From: Octopus sinensis
Lineage: Eukaryota
Reading direction: 5' to 3'
Assembly: GCF_006345805.1 (NCBI RefSeq)
Contig: NC_042998.1
Location: 189,596,001-189,660,000, forward strand
Length of the DNA stretch: 64,000 nt
Under the pieces are notes generated by a model. It was given only the letters and a program-made list of their open reading frames with translations. It was not told the origin of the DNA and ran no database searches. The first letter of the stretch is position 1; each line of letters starts with the position of its first letter. Position numbers and translations under genes: made by a program. This document shows, piece by piece, positions 1 through 12,442 of the stretch.

Positions 1-50
1 TCAATTTTGTATTGGTCCAATTTCGAAATTAAAGCACTATGGTTGAGCGT

Positions 51-721
51 TTTTTGGCGTATTCTTACAAGACGTTGGAGCATGGCTTCTTCCTGTTCCC
101 TTATATAATTTTATAATGTATATATAATTATTATTTTAGTATAATTTAACCACAAGGTTTTATAGCATGTTGGCCACTTGATATTATCATTTACATGATT
201 TTATCCTTGTTTATATAAATATATAAATAAATAAATAAATAAAATATTTATGCTCCGGATCGGAACTGTATTGCTTTGAGGCTATTTCGGCTTAAATAAT
301 ACGCGGCTAAAAGGAAAAGTAAAAATTTTACTTTATTTTGAAGCATAAGCGCAGATATTTGCACATGCTCGTACGAATTTGTTTCGTGGGGGGCATGTGT
401 AAATATTTGTGACTATGTTTCTTTGAATATCGTGTTGAGGATGGGAAATAAATTATTTTACTGCTTTAATCTCGAAATTGGACTGTGGAGTTTTATTTTG
501 TATTTTTCATTTGCCCGTTTACAACGCGTATTTTTGCAGGAGCTAAAGGTAGTTTATAATGTTTTTTTGGCGTATTCTTACATGTTGGAGCAGGGTTTTT
601 TCCTGTTCCCTTACATAATTATATAATGTATATATATAATTATTATTTTAGTATAATATAACCATATGGTTTTATAGCATGTTGGCCACTTGATATTATC
701 ATTTATATGATTTTTCCTTGG
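51..721. repeat. Diverged ~160-bp direct repeat pair (about 51-210 and 563-721), unclassified interspersed repeat
   Basis: ttttttggcgtattcttac...gttggccacttgatattatcattta...ccttg occurs twice, about 510 bp apart. Confidence 0.7.
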
Positions 722-793
722 TTATATATATATATATATATATAGTCTATTTTCAGCATATAGGCTTCAAAAAATTTTTTCTATGTCCTTAAT

Positions 794-824
<31 letters not shown>

Positions 825-982
825 TATATATATATGTATAATTATAAATTAGGGTATCTGCAAGATACCACCATGCTGAATATAGCAGCCATGTTCTGAC
901 TCTAAAACCACATTAATTGTCCATATATCGACACGGAGATAAAACAAAGAGACAAGATGAAACTAGTAAAAAATTACTGGAT

Positions 983-1025
<43 letters not shown>

Positions 1026-1034
1026 ATATTATAT

Positions 1035-1069
<35 letters not shown>

Positions 1070-1327
1070 CTCCCCTTTAAGTTTGTTTGCGGGAAACGTT
1101 TTTGAGTACGCAGATAACAGCTTCTAATTTATTATGTCGGCTACGGCCTAATGATTCCAACATGCAACAGCAGTTTTATGGGATCGTACCGAGCTGCACC
1201 GACATAACGTAGGATAGATGTAGTAATAATAATATCTATGGCTGGAATTTATAAATATTTTATGTGACGTGTGATTTGTGGAAATGCGCGTGGTGATACA
1301 TTAAAATATTTATAAATTCCATTCGTG

Positions 1328-1341
1328 GACTACTACTACTA

Positions 1342-1422
<81 letters not shown>
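1328..1422. repeat. Compound (CTA)n(CTG)n(CTA)n microsatellite
   Basis: Directly visible. Confidence 0.95.
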
Positions 1423-1596
1423 TATGTGACACATTAGTGTTTGTCGTTATGTCAACTTATATGTAAAAAAAACAATAATATGAAACTGAAGGATTATTCG
1501 CTACCGTTCAGTAGGGTGTATATTAAGCTTTGACAAGGAAGAGGTTGACAGCGACTTGGAAGGTTCCACTCGAGGATATGATAAAAGAAATTTACC

Positions 1597-1826
1597 TATT
1601 TCTTTATTATCCACAAGGGGCTAAACACAGAGGGGACAAACAAGGACAGACATAGGTATTAAGTCGATTACATCGACCCCAGTGCGTAACTGGTACTTAA
1701 TTTATCGACCCCGAAAGGATGAAAGGCAAAGTCGACCTCGGCGGAATTTGAACTCACAACGTAACGCAGACGAAATACCGCTAAGCATTTCGCCCGGCGT
1801 GCTAACGTTTCTGCCAGCTCCCCGCC
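1597..1826 (-). mobile_element. tRNA-derived SINE, 'GGCGGCGAGCTGGCAGAA' family, tail type A, full length
   Basis: Pol III A-box-like TGGCAGAAACGT and B-box GAGTTCAAATTCC. Central GCCTTTCATCCTTTCGGGGTCGATAAA resembles the Nin/Deu SINE domain (from memory). 15-bp TSD TAAAAGAAATTTACC at 1582-1596 and 1830-1844. Confidence 0.9.
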
Positions 1827-2311
1827 TTTTAAAAGAAATTTACCGCAGCTGACATGTTCTGGGATCGAACCAGAAACATCATTATTGCGAAGAGAACATT
1901 TTAACCATTTAACAATACCTGCGTCCTGCAAATGAGTTAATTCATTGAATAAACCTCCAATACTTTACTTGTATTTATTTTGTCAGCGCTGGAATGGTAG
2001 AAAGCAAAGTCAACCCACGTAGGGCTTGAACTCGAAATGTAAAGGATTATTACTAAATACCAAAATATTTTTAAGTGGAGGCTTTACAGTGTACCTGAGT
2101 TTATAAAAATTCAAATTATTTTTTATAACGTTAGAGCTTGAAAATTTCAAAAGTTATCAACCTTTCGGTATTCTTATAAGTTTATTTCTGTTTACTTCAG
2201 AATATGTCGTCTGACTGTAACGTTTTGAGTGTAATATCATGCTGTATCTCGACTGTTATTCGTCAGGTCAAATAATTACTGTTGTAAAAAAAAAGAAAAA
2301 TAAGGTAGGAC

Positions 2312-2559
2312 AAAGATCCTTTCCTAGTCATGCTGACACATAGGGCTGGTTTTCCGGTTTCCATGGGTTATATATTCTCCGCCTGAATGGGACACCGGCT
2401 CGTCGCAGGATTACTCATTTCTGCCAGCTGAGTGGACTGCAGCAACGTGAAATGAAATGTTTTGCTCTAGCAACACAACATGTCGCCCAGTCTAGGAACC
2501 GAAACCACAATCTTACAATCATGTGTCCAACACCCTTAACAACTAGGCTATGCGCCTCC
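2312..2559 (-). mobile_element. tRNA-derived SINE with CORE-like centre and GGAAACCGGAAAACC tail
   Basis: Reverse complement begins GGAGGCGCATAGCCTAGTTGTTAAG (tRNA-like head). Its 3' part is shared with the SINE at 8422. Confidence 0.75.
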
Positions 2560-3052
2560 TTAGAATAGCTGTTGAAATTAAATTCATCCTATTGTCCATA
2601 AATTTTTCTAAGTTTCTTTTATAGATTTACTCTTGTTATTGTACGTTTAAATATTTGTTGTGCAAGAATTTTTATGTGAAGTTGTGTGTTGAAACAGATA
2701 TTGTTATATTTCGATAAGATTAAGATTAATGTAAAAAATAAATAACACTGAAGCAAAATAACACCAAATATATAGTGCGTGTGTTTTTATTGGCTAAACT
2801 GGCAATATGACCATTCCGAAATATAACAATATCTTGTTATTGTAGTTTAAATAAAAGTTTTCAGTCATGAAAACTTACATAAAGTAGTTACACACATTAA
2901 CAGCAAAGATATGTAATATATACGTATCTAAGCGAGTTGACGATATTATCTGTAAAAGATTTAGATTATTGTTCGGTTGGTTGTAGCCCATGTGGAGAAA
3001 GGAAGTTTTGTCGCATTATAAAATGATGCTGAATGATTCTTGCTTAGTATAA

Positions 3053-3456
3053 TAATATTGATTCTAAATTTTGGTACAAGACCGGCAGTTTCGTGGGTAA
3101 TGGATAAGTCGATTACATGAACCCCAGTGCTTAACTGATACTTATTTTATCGATTCCGAAAGGATGAAAGGTAAAGTCGACCTCATCAAAATTTGAACTT
3201 AGAACGTAAAGACGGACGAAATACCTATTTCTTTACAACCCACAATGGGCTAAACACAGAGAGGACAAACAAGGACAGACAAACGGATTAAGTCGATTAC
3301 ATCGACCCCAGTGCATAACTGGTACTTAATCTATCGACCCCGAAAGAATGAATGGCAAAGTCGACCTCGGCGGAATTTGAACTCAGAACGTAACGGCAGA
3401 CGAAATACGGTTACGCATTTCGCCCTGCGTACCAACGTTTCTGCCAGCTCGCCGCC
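3053..3456 (-). mobile_element. Composite SINE: young full unit (3226-3456) fused to an older core and different tail (3053-3225)
   Basis: On the minus strand: head-core-tailA(AAAGAAATA)|GGTATTTCGTC-core-tailC. Possible flanking duplication TAATAATATTGA at 3050 and 3467. Confidence 0.8.
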
Positions 3457-4624
3457 TTATTTAGAGTAATAATATTGAAATTAACTAAGAAAAAGAGCTG
3501 AAAGCCAATTTCTTTTTGCTTTAGAAATACAAATCAAATTTTGCACAAACTTCTGCTTGAATCTGCCAAGTAGAAAATATTTCCTTGTTTGCAGTATTTA
3601 TTTTCGTAAATATATCAAAGGTTCCTTTTAGCCTGGTTCCTTTATTTATAAATCTTGGTTATATTTGATATAGAAGCTAGCAACTCCAGGAAAGGTTTGA
3701 ATTGGTTCATAAACGAATTTATGTTCTGCAAATTCAATAATTTTAGATTGGGGTTTGTTCTTTTAGCACATTTATGAACAAATGTATAATTTTTATTGTA
3801 TTAGTGAAATTGTATAGTATTATTAAAAAAATCTAATCTTTTCAAGTATTTCGTATCACACTACTTAGATACGAGAAACTTGAAAAGAATTAGCATGCGT
3901 TTATCTGTTTGGGCGAATTTTCATCTATATATCATTAGATATTAGAACTGAACATTTATCGGTAATTTAAAAAAAAATTACTCAGGGGACTGATACGAAT
4001 TTCACTAATGTTTGCTTCAGAGGAATCAAATGAATAATTATTTAATGAAAGAAAATAAAATCAATAGTGGTAAATGGTAGGGAGGAAAATTCTTCATTCC
4101 TGTTATGTATGTACAAATTGTAAGGTTATATCCTTTTTTTCAGAGATATGCTTGCCAACCCTGTATATCATAAGAGATAGGTAGCCAGAAAAACACTACT
4201 TTTCATAATTTGTCAATCAGAATACAGAACTATGTTATATTAGGGAAGACAACACTTTCATACTTTCATACCCTGACTTTGCCCCACACAAATACTTACC
4301 TTTTGGGTGGAAACTTATTACATTTAACTAACATAATTTGTTGGAAAATTTAATTTAATTTTAGCAATGAAAAATATATTTCCGAGGGCCGGTTGCATAA
4401 ATACCCAATTATTATTTTTCTCTCTAACAAGCGGTGAATAATATTTTGACATATTTAATTTTTTCTCGAGAACCAAGTTTATAACGGAGGAATACATTAG
4501 ATGGCTATTTTCTTCTATTCTTTTACTTAATTGGAAGAAATATTTGACCCAATATTAATAAGAAATTTATAGGTTATAAACATAAATTACATTTATGAAA
4601 CTGAACGATATTTGAATATAAGGT

Positions 4625-5520
4625 GCATTAATACTAATTATTCAAGTTACTAACAGAAACTAATAGAGCCACTGATACTAACCAATGCAGTCAGTAATAC
4701 TAATCGCTGCCACCACTAATACTAGCTATTATGGCTACTACTAATAGTTATTATAGACACAAATACTAAGTACTGCAGCCACTTGTAGCCGCTAATACTA
4801 ATATAGACACTACAGCGTAGTCACTAATACTATTATAACCACTAATATTAACTATTATAGCCACTAATACTAATTGCCACTAATATTAACTATTACTTCC
4901 ACTAATGATAACTATTACGACCACTAAAATATTATAGCCGCGAATACTGACTTTTATAACCACCAATGAAGATACCTATTAGAGCCATCGATACTAGTAC
5001 TGCCGATAGTACTGTTATAACCACTAAAATCTAACTGTTAAAGCTACTAGCATTATTATAGCTACTAATACTCATTTTTATAGCTACTAATAATAACTAT
5101 TGCTGTGACTAATACTGTTACTACTATAGATACTAAATATTAACGCCACCAAAGCTATTATAGTCACTATTAATAACCTTTATAGCCTTTCATACAAACT
5201 ACAGTCATTAACACTTTAGTCACTAATACTGACTATTACAACCACTAATAACTATTATGTTAAAACTTTGGTAAATAAGTTATTTTGATTAAACATAACT
5301 AGTCCGGGAATTTTTTGATACCACCTCGTACTATTATTGCCACTAATTTAACTATTATAGTCAATAATACTATTATAGTCATGAATAATAACTGATATGA
5401 CCATGGATTCTATTACAGTTACTAATATAATACAGGCATTAATACTAATTATTAGTCATTGATAGTAAGTATTACAGCGATTCATACTTTTATAGTTTCT
5501 TAATACTAAATGCTATAATC
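4625..5520. repeat. Degenerate AT-rich minisatellite (ACTAATAC/TATTATAGCC-type units)
   Basis: Dozens of variant actaatact, actattatag and ccactaat motifs; interrupted near 5255-5325. Confidence 0.75.
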
Positions 5521-5524
5521 TTCA

Positions 5525-6330
5525 TGAGTCAATGAGAGAGCCCATACAAGGTCATTCGATTTGCTAGAAGTACTAACTAAATCATCATCAAGTCACACTG
5601 CCGTTCGAAAAGAAACGAAAATCAACATACGATAAGTTTCATCCGAGATACATTGCTTGAAAAAAAGGCTGGATGGTTATGGCTATAATACTTTTCGATA
5701 ATAGTTATGTAAGTTTGATCTGGGTTGTTGTTGCAACCCTCATCAAACAACAATAGCAATAGCAACAACATGTTTTCATTGGCATTTTTCTATTATGTCA
5801 TTCAGAATCTAATGTAAGGAATCTTGTTCCATTGTGTGATATGTTATTATTGTTATTTAGTCCTAGATTAATCCTGACCAAGCAGATTCATAATCTAGGG
5901 CAATGCGGTCTTCGTTTTGACATAATTTATCTACGAATACATTATCCCGCGTGGTCTTCATTTTCTTTTTAAGAAAGTAGGTTGTATGATTTGAGGATTA
6001 CTTAGCTGTTAGTTCTAACAAATCGAGTGAAAACGAAGAGGCTACCCCATTTTCTTTGCTATGTGATATTGCTTTGAGAAGTTGTTTAGCCGTAGTTCTG
6101 ATCGAGAAGGTTTGTAATAAAAACTATTCTGGCTGTGACCATCCCGTCTTTTTTCAGACATTGTTTACCATAGACTACATTAGCCAGTCAGTTATATTTT
6201 TTTAAGATTATAGAGTGTGACTTGAGGGAGACTTGTGTTATTTCTAGCTGGTCAACGACAATGTGAAGTCTAAGCTGTATCCCCGATCAAGTGATATTGC
6301 ATTGGGAGGTAGAGTACACTGTTGTTTTAA
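5525..6330. mobile_element. Three decayed copies of an unclassified interspersed repeat (gaggga..ttgg/agctgctatttct motif family), both orientations
   Basis: The same motifs recur at about 9270-9385, 12895-13055, 23165-23260, 26690-26835, 43345-43435 and 48385-48500. Confidence 0.55.
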
Positions 6331-7129
6331 GAAATATATCGATTTCTTTTGAGTAGGCAAACTGCTATTTTCTTAAGGATAGGATTTATAATCGACCAGT
6401 ATTTTACAATGTTTTCTTAATAAACATTCTATTCTTTGTTTAAAATCCTTTCTTGTCATTTCATTCCAACACTCAAAATACATACGTCAACACCTACACT
6501 TGACGACTCCAACAAGAAACAAAACAGACACAGCCCGAATTACGTCAAAACGTCGATAACTAAACGACAGCATTAAGGAGCCAGATCTAACGAGGGAGCC
6601 TCTTGTATGATACCTCACCAGGAAAAGACTAAAAACTCAAAAGAATTAACGGCTTCAGGTCCGATCCCATTGTATGGCAGCTTGGAGAAAACGGTATCTA
6701 CCAATAACTCGAGTCGACTCCGATTTTGTGAATAAAATTGGGGTGACAGAAACTTTGTTGAAGACTGTCAGATGAACTGTAACTATTTATCGGGCTGTGG
6801 ATTTATTCCATGGTCTGGTTCAACACAGCTGCCTGGTACTTTGGTGTCCTTATCGGAGTCTACTCTGTTGCAAACATTCGGAATTGGTCTTTGGTTTGTT
6901 CATCCTTTTGACTTATCAGCCTTGGAAGTTATACAAAAAGGTCATGGGCGTGAACGTTCCTGCTTAGCTTATTCCATAGAAAAAATGCCACACATATGTC
7001 ATTACAATAATTTTGCAGCTAAAATATGAAAATTTCGAAGCCCTACTTACTGCTGACAACATTTGTATTATCAAGTCATTGTAAAACCCGAGACTCTTTC
7101 TCCCCGTCCCTCCTCTTTCTATTTACATG

Positions 7130-7346
7130 CACACACGCTCACAGATGCACACACACAGATGCACACACACAGATGCATACACACGCGCACGCGCAAACAT
7201 CTTACACACACACACACACACACACATATATACGCATATATATATATATTAATGTATACTCACACATTTATATATAGACAAAGATATGCATCTATCCATA
7301 TACATTAATATACATTGCACTCATGTATGCATGCATATATATATAT

Positions 7347-7398
<52 letters not shown>
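7130..7398. repeat. (CA)n/(TA)n compound microsatellite
   Basis: Directly visible. Confidence 0.95.
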
Positions 7399-7399
7399 G

Positions 7400-7562
7400 G
7401 GCGGCGAGCTGGCAGAATCGCCGGGCGAAATGCTTTATTGACCCCGGGTGGATGAAATGCAAAGCTGATGCCAGCAGATTTGACCCAAGAATATACAGAG
7501 ATGGAACAAACATCACAAAGAATTTTTTTCTGTTGCGCTAACGATTCTGTCAGCTTGCTGCT
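7400..7562. mobile_element. SINE head fragment (+, 7400-7435) fused to an older SINE (-, 7436-7562)
   Basis: GGCGGCGAGCTGGCAGAATCG at 7400; reverse-strand GCAGCAAGCTGACAGAATCG at 7542-7561. Confidence 0.7.
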
Positions 7563-8189
7563 ATCTTTAGGTGCATGATAAATATAAATCTAAATATAAT
7601 TTCATCATATATGTCCCATCCATCTTTAATAATTTCCTTAATCTGTTACTGTACTAATCAACGCAAGTATTTAAGGAGTTACATGCTAGGTGGAAAAGCA
7701 TAAATAATAAGGCACTGCACGAAAATTAGTTTCTGTTTGATTAAAATAATCAAATATTTATTATATTTATTATAATTTATTTATGTTTGTAAAACAGCAT
7801 CCCTTTCACTAAATAACATTTTACAAACGACATTCAATAAACGAGGGTGTTGAGCAGCACAAACTTGAGAACCTTTCATTTTGTACTAGAGAGTGTGTCA
7901 CGGGCGATCACTCAAATATTGACTACAGCATAACATATTCACTGCTATCTCTTTCCTTTTCATAAAACTCTAATTCATTTAGAAACCGATGTTGTGTTAA
8001 AACAAGACTTCCGTGAGAAATAGAACGTGTATTCTATAGCGTGAAACTTTAGCAAACTGCACCTCGCTATAGAAATATGTACACAAATTGCAACAAACTG
8101 CACCTTATAGCATACATATGTACAGAAAGTTTTATTAAACCGAATTGTACTGCAGATTTTTTTCTCTGATAGGTGGAAGAAATGGTAGT

Positions 8190-8410
8190 CTACGTAGTCT
8201 TTGCAGGTCTCCTGACACTAGTAAGATTGATGTTTTAATGTACAGCTTAAACTGTTACAAGTCGGTGACTACAGAAAAGATATATGCAGGGACGGAATTC
8301 CAGAGGAACGACATTCTGGAGGAGAAAGAAATGGGTGTGGTGGTTAATGCGGGACCTGGGGCTTGAGACAACTTAGGTGTGAGCCAAGAGTATTTGAGTA
8401 GAGAGGACAC
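8190..8410 (-). mobile_element. CR1/L2-type LINE ORF2 C-terminal remnant
   Basis: Minus-strand translation SFSSRMSFLWNSVPAYIFSVVTDL*QFKLYI matches the 'SFFxRTxxLWNSLP...FK' C-terminal motif. Confidence 0.65.
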
Positions 8411-8421
8411 GAACCAAATGT

Positions 8422-8723
8422 GGAGGCACATGGCCTAGTGGTTAGAGCAGCGGACTCGCAGTCGAGGGATCGCGGGTTCGATTCTCAGACCGGACGATTT
8501 GTGTGTTTATGAGCGAAACACCTAAGCTCCACGCAGCTCTGGTAGAAGGTAATGGCGAACTTCTGCTGACTCTTTCGCCACAACTTCCTCTCACTCTTTC
8601 CTCCTGCATCTTGCAGCTCACCTGCGATGGACCAGCGTCCCGTCCAGGTGAGGAACCTATACGCCAAGGAAACCGGGAAACTGGCCCTTATGAGCCAGTC
8701 ATAGCTCAAGAAGGAACAAACAA
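8422..8723 (+). mobile_element. tRNA-derived SINE, full length, with V-domain-like motif
   Basis: A box TGGCCTAGTGG, B box GGTTCGATTC. CCTGCGATGGACCAGCGTCCCGTCCAGG at 8621-8648 resembles the V-SINE/Mermaid motif. GGAAACCGGGAAAC tail. Confidence 0.85.
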
Positions 8724-10294
8724 GCCCGAGACCAATTAGAGGTTATTAGAGTAGAGGGTGAGTAGATCATTAATAAGAGCAGTAGCATTTCACTAAATCT
8801 ATATCTTAGACAGTAGGCCTAGCTCGCTCCCTCCTCTGTTTGCCATTACTATCTGGTCTTTATGCTCTTATAGCTTTTTCTGGACATGGTTCTTTTCCAC
8901 CCATAATTTTTCCTGAAGACAAAGATTATCAGATATTTAGACAGAATATAACAGCACCACTCTTGATGAAAAGAGATCGCAGTGAATAGATTATGTTGCA
9001 GCAGTCAATATTTGAATGGTTGTTGGCGATACACACTTAGTTCAAAATAAAAGGTTCTCAATCTTGTGCCGGTCTGCGTCCCCTTTAAATGAATGGCATT
9101 TGTAAAATGTTATTTAGTGAAAGTTATGCTGTTTTGCAAAAATAAATAAATTATAATAAATTATAATAAATTTAATAAATATTTATTTATTTTAATCAAT
9201 AGAAACATAGGAAGGCATGCGAAGCTCATAAACACAGATATTCTCCCTCTGGCTAATGTGGAGATAATATAAGATTACATTATCTTCTGTGTCCTTTACT
9301 TATATAAGAAATAAAGGTGTGACTTGAAGGCGAGTTAGCTGCTATTTCTGACAAGTTGGGCGACAACATTGAGATTCTCTCGTTGTTTCAATGTTAGTCT
9401 CGATGTTTGTGTTTCATTTTCCATTTGCTATCAGAACAGAAATTTCATTAAATATAATCAGGTTAACTGACGCTAAACCTCCTGGAAATGCTTTCTTTTA
9501 ATTTTCTTTTTGTCGCTATGGTTATGTATTTTAGGGGATTTGTGGTTATGGGGGGAAAATGTGGAGATATTTAGATGTTCATATATTTCCCAAGATCATA
9601 TGCAACGGACGTGAAGTATACTTGATGTCAATTGAAGATCGAAATCCTGGGCTGGTATCTTGACTCTCAAAGTCTTGATTCTCTGTTTACATTTTTCTGT
9701 GATTTCCACGCCTTATCTAACATAACCATTGGTAACGTAATTTCGATTCGATTCTCGGATGAAGCAATTTCACTTCACTTACGTTACTAGTTCCTCCGAG
9801 TAAGTCATGAAAAGCTCAACTTCCTATTCACATCATCCAAAATATGTAGTCTTAGTACAATGTTGAGAGTAGTATTCAATATGGCTGATGTTCTTGATAT
9901 AGATTTCATTTTAAATATATAATAATAATAATCTTTTATTATGCATATTAATCCATAGAAAGGTCGGCTGAGTGACAGAAACGGTTAAGAGCCGGACTAA
10001 ATTTACTTACTTTAATTATTTTCTTCCGAATTCGTTCTTCATTCAAATTTCACCGGAGACGAAAATGTCTTTCATCACTTCAGTGCCGATAAAATAATTA
10101 ACAGTCAATTATATTATGGTCAGTTCAATCAACTAAATACATTTACACTAACAGTTGTATCTTTGTGTCAATATCAATCAATAATAACATTTGTAGCTGT
10201 AAAATGAATTGAAAAGTCTGCAGGAAATTTCAGCAAGTTTGCAGTTTAAAGAGTCAACCATTGCCCCTCAAGTCATCATAATAATAACTGTTTC

Positions 10295-10690
10295 TGATTT
10301 AGGCGCAAAGCCGGCAATTTTGAAGGGACGAGGCTTAGTCAGTACCGTAGACACTAGTACTTTATTTTATCAACCGGTACGTCATTGTATCAACTCTTAA
10401 AGGACGAAAGGCAAGGTTTACTTCAGCGGGAGTTGAATTCAAAAACGTGAAGAGCTAGAAGAAATACCCCATGAAATTTTGCCCAATCTGCCAAGTTGCC
10501 TCTTTGAATTATAATATTACTAATCACGAAAAGGCGGGTGAACTGACAGAATTGTTAGCGGCATTTCGTCCGCTTTTACGTTCCGAGTCCAAATTTCGTC
10601 GAGATCGACTTAGCTTTCATCTCCTTAATAAGTACCGGTTCAGCCCTTGGGTTGATGAAATCGACTGACACCCCTTTCCCGAACTTGCTG
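10295..10690. mobile_element. Two old head-to-head SINE copies (- about 10295-10505; + about 10530-10690)
   Basis: Decayed core motifs aaaggacgaaaggcaagg (-) and gctttcatctcc...taagtacc (+). Confidence 0.65.
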
Positions 10691-12442
10691 GCTAATATTT
10701 ACTAAACACACTAACTAATTTCAGATAACTCTTGTAGTTTTCCTTATAGTTAACACTATGAATTTACAGAATCAGTAGAATGTCTAAGCACATGTATTGC
10801 TGTATTGAGTTAAGTCATTATGCAGTTTTCTTTAACATGTTAGTCAAGAAAGAGACTGTGATGCCATCACCTTTCCATAAATTGAATAGACTCCAATAAC
10901 GGCACACAGAGACAAGATGTGGCATTAAGTCGGGTGGCGTGATAGGCTTCAGCACAAATCCAGTTGAGTTCATTTTTAAACCTCTTTCAGGTGTTGTCAA
11001 CGCTGTTGTTATTTAACCATAAATGAACTCTGAATGAGCACACATCTACAATTATCTTATTTTTCAGACACTATATCGCGCACTACATTATCAAGGGTGT
11101 CTTTATTTCAAAGGAGATTTTCAGAAAGTCGGTTAACCATTTAAAAGTTTTCTCATTGGCTTGCTCTTTAGAAACAGGTAAAATAAGTACCAGTTATATA
11201 TGATGGTGTCTATTTAATCTACTATTACTATTCACCCCAAAATGTGTAGTTTTTGAGTCTAAGTGAGGGATCAATATAAATATATGCTGTTCTTCATCAT
11301 TCTTCTGAAAACAGACAAGTCAAAGAAAACCGATTAATGGTTGCCAAGACAAATTTGTGTTGGAACGAAAATATTAAGACGGAATTCAGCAAGCAAAAAA
11401 AAAAAAAACAAGACAAAAAAAAAACAAAGCAAAAAATATAAAAAACAAAAGAAAAGTGGTTTTTGATATTCTTCCAATGCTTTCGTCAATAAATACAACG
11501 GTGAAGGGGAAAGAGTTTCCACTGATTTTACCGAGTATATATCAATACAGGATAAAATAAAGAAATTGCTGTTCACAAGAGAAAAGAAAAAAAAATCGGT
11601 GGTCTTTTATTAGAAGACAAATTATAAGGGAGATGAGCTACCTATAGATTATTCCTGATATCGATGTAATGTGCTCAGATTTCTGGACACGAATTCGGCG
11701 TGAATTAGAAGAGATTATAAAATGTGCCACAAAATTAACAAAGATAATTCATTTAGACAACACAATGTTGAAACCTTACGATGATGAGCTGATTAAGATA
11801 TTGTTAATAGGAAATTGGCAAGAAAGAAGGAGGCCGCTTCTCTGATATGACTGATAAAATAATACCACAATATTAATCACGACCAGTGTGGAGTGATTAG
11901 GTTTTGACTTTCGTTTTTCTTTTTCTGATATTATTTCTACTTCATTATTCTATCTTCGGTTCGAACTCATATTATTTATTTCAACGAATAGTAATAAATA
12001 ACAAAAAATATCAAAGAATTTCTGAGATGCCACACAAACACGAAAATTTAGGCTTAAATTAATATTGTATTCTTACACTTTTATTTACTCCTGCTTTTAA
12101 CATACACATGAGATCAAACATTTTTGAGAAAGAAATAGTTTGTTAAATCGACCTTAATATTAGAATGGTTGTTATTTTATATTACTCTGCAAAAAAAAAA
12201 AAAGAAAATAGATGTCGATCGCAGCGAGATTTGATCTCAGACCGTAAAATTAACTGAATACTGCAAGGTAATTCGCTACATGTTCTGCTTATTATGTCTT
12301 CTGTCACCTTCTGACAAGAATATAGCAATGATTTTTAAAATTGGTACAGAGCCACACACATTTTTTGAGTGAAGGGAAGAACTGTATATTTTGTTAAATC
12401 TGACCCAAGTCTTGAGTGACCCAAGGTGATGAAGTGAATAGA

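Noticed and set aside
8053-8128. ~40-bp imperfect tandem duplication (caaactgcacct...tatgtaca)
   Set aside because: Ordinary local slippage next to a LINE remnant.
8422-8495. Possible tRNA-Arg gene
   Set aside because: No acceptor-stem pairing, and it continues into a SINE body and tail.
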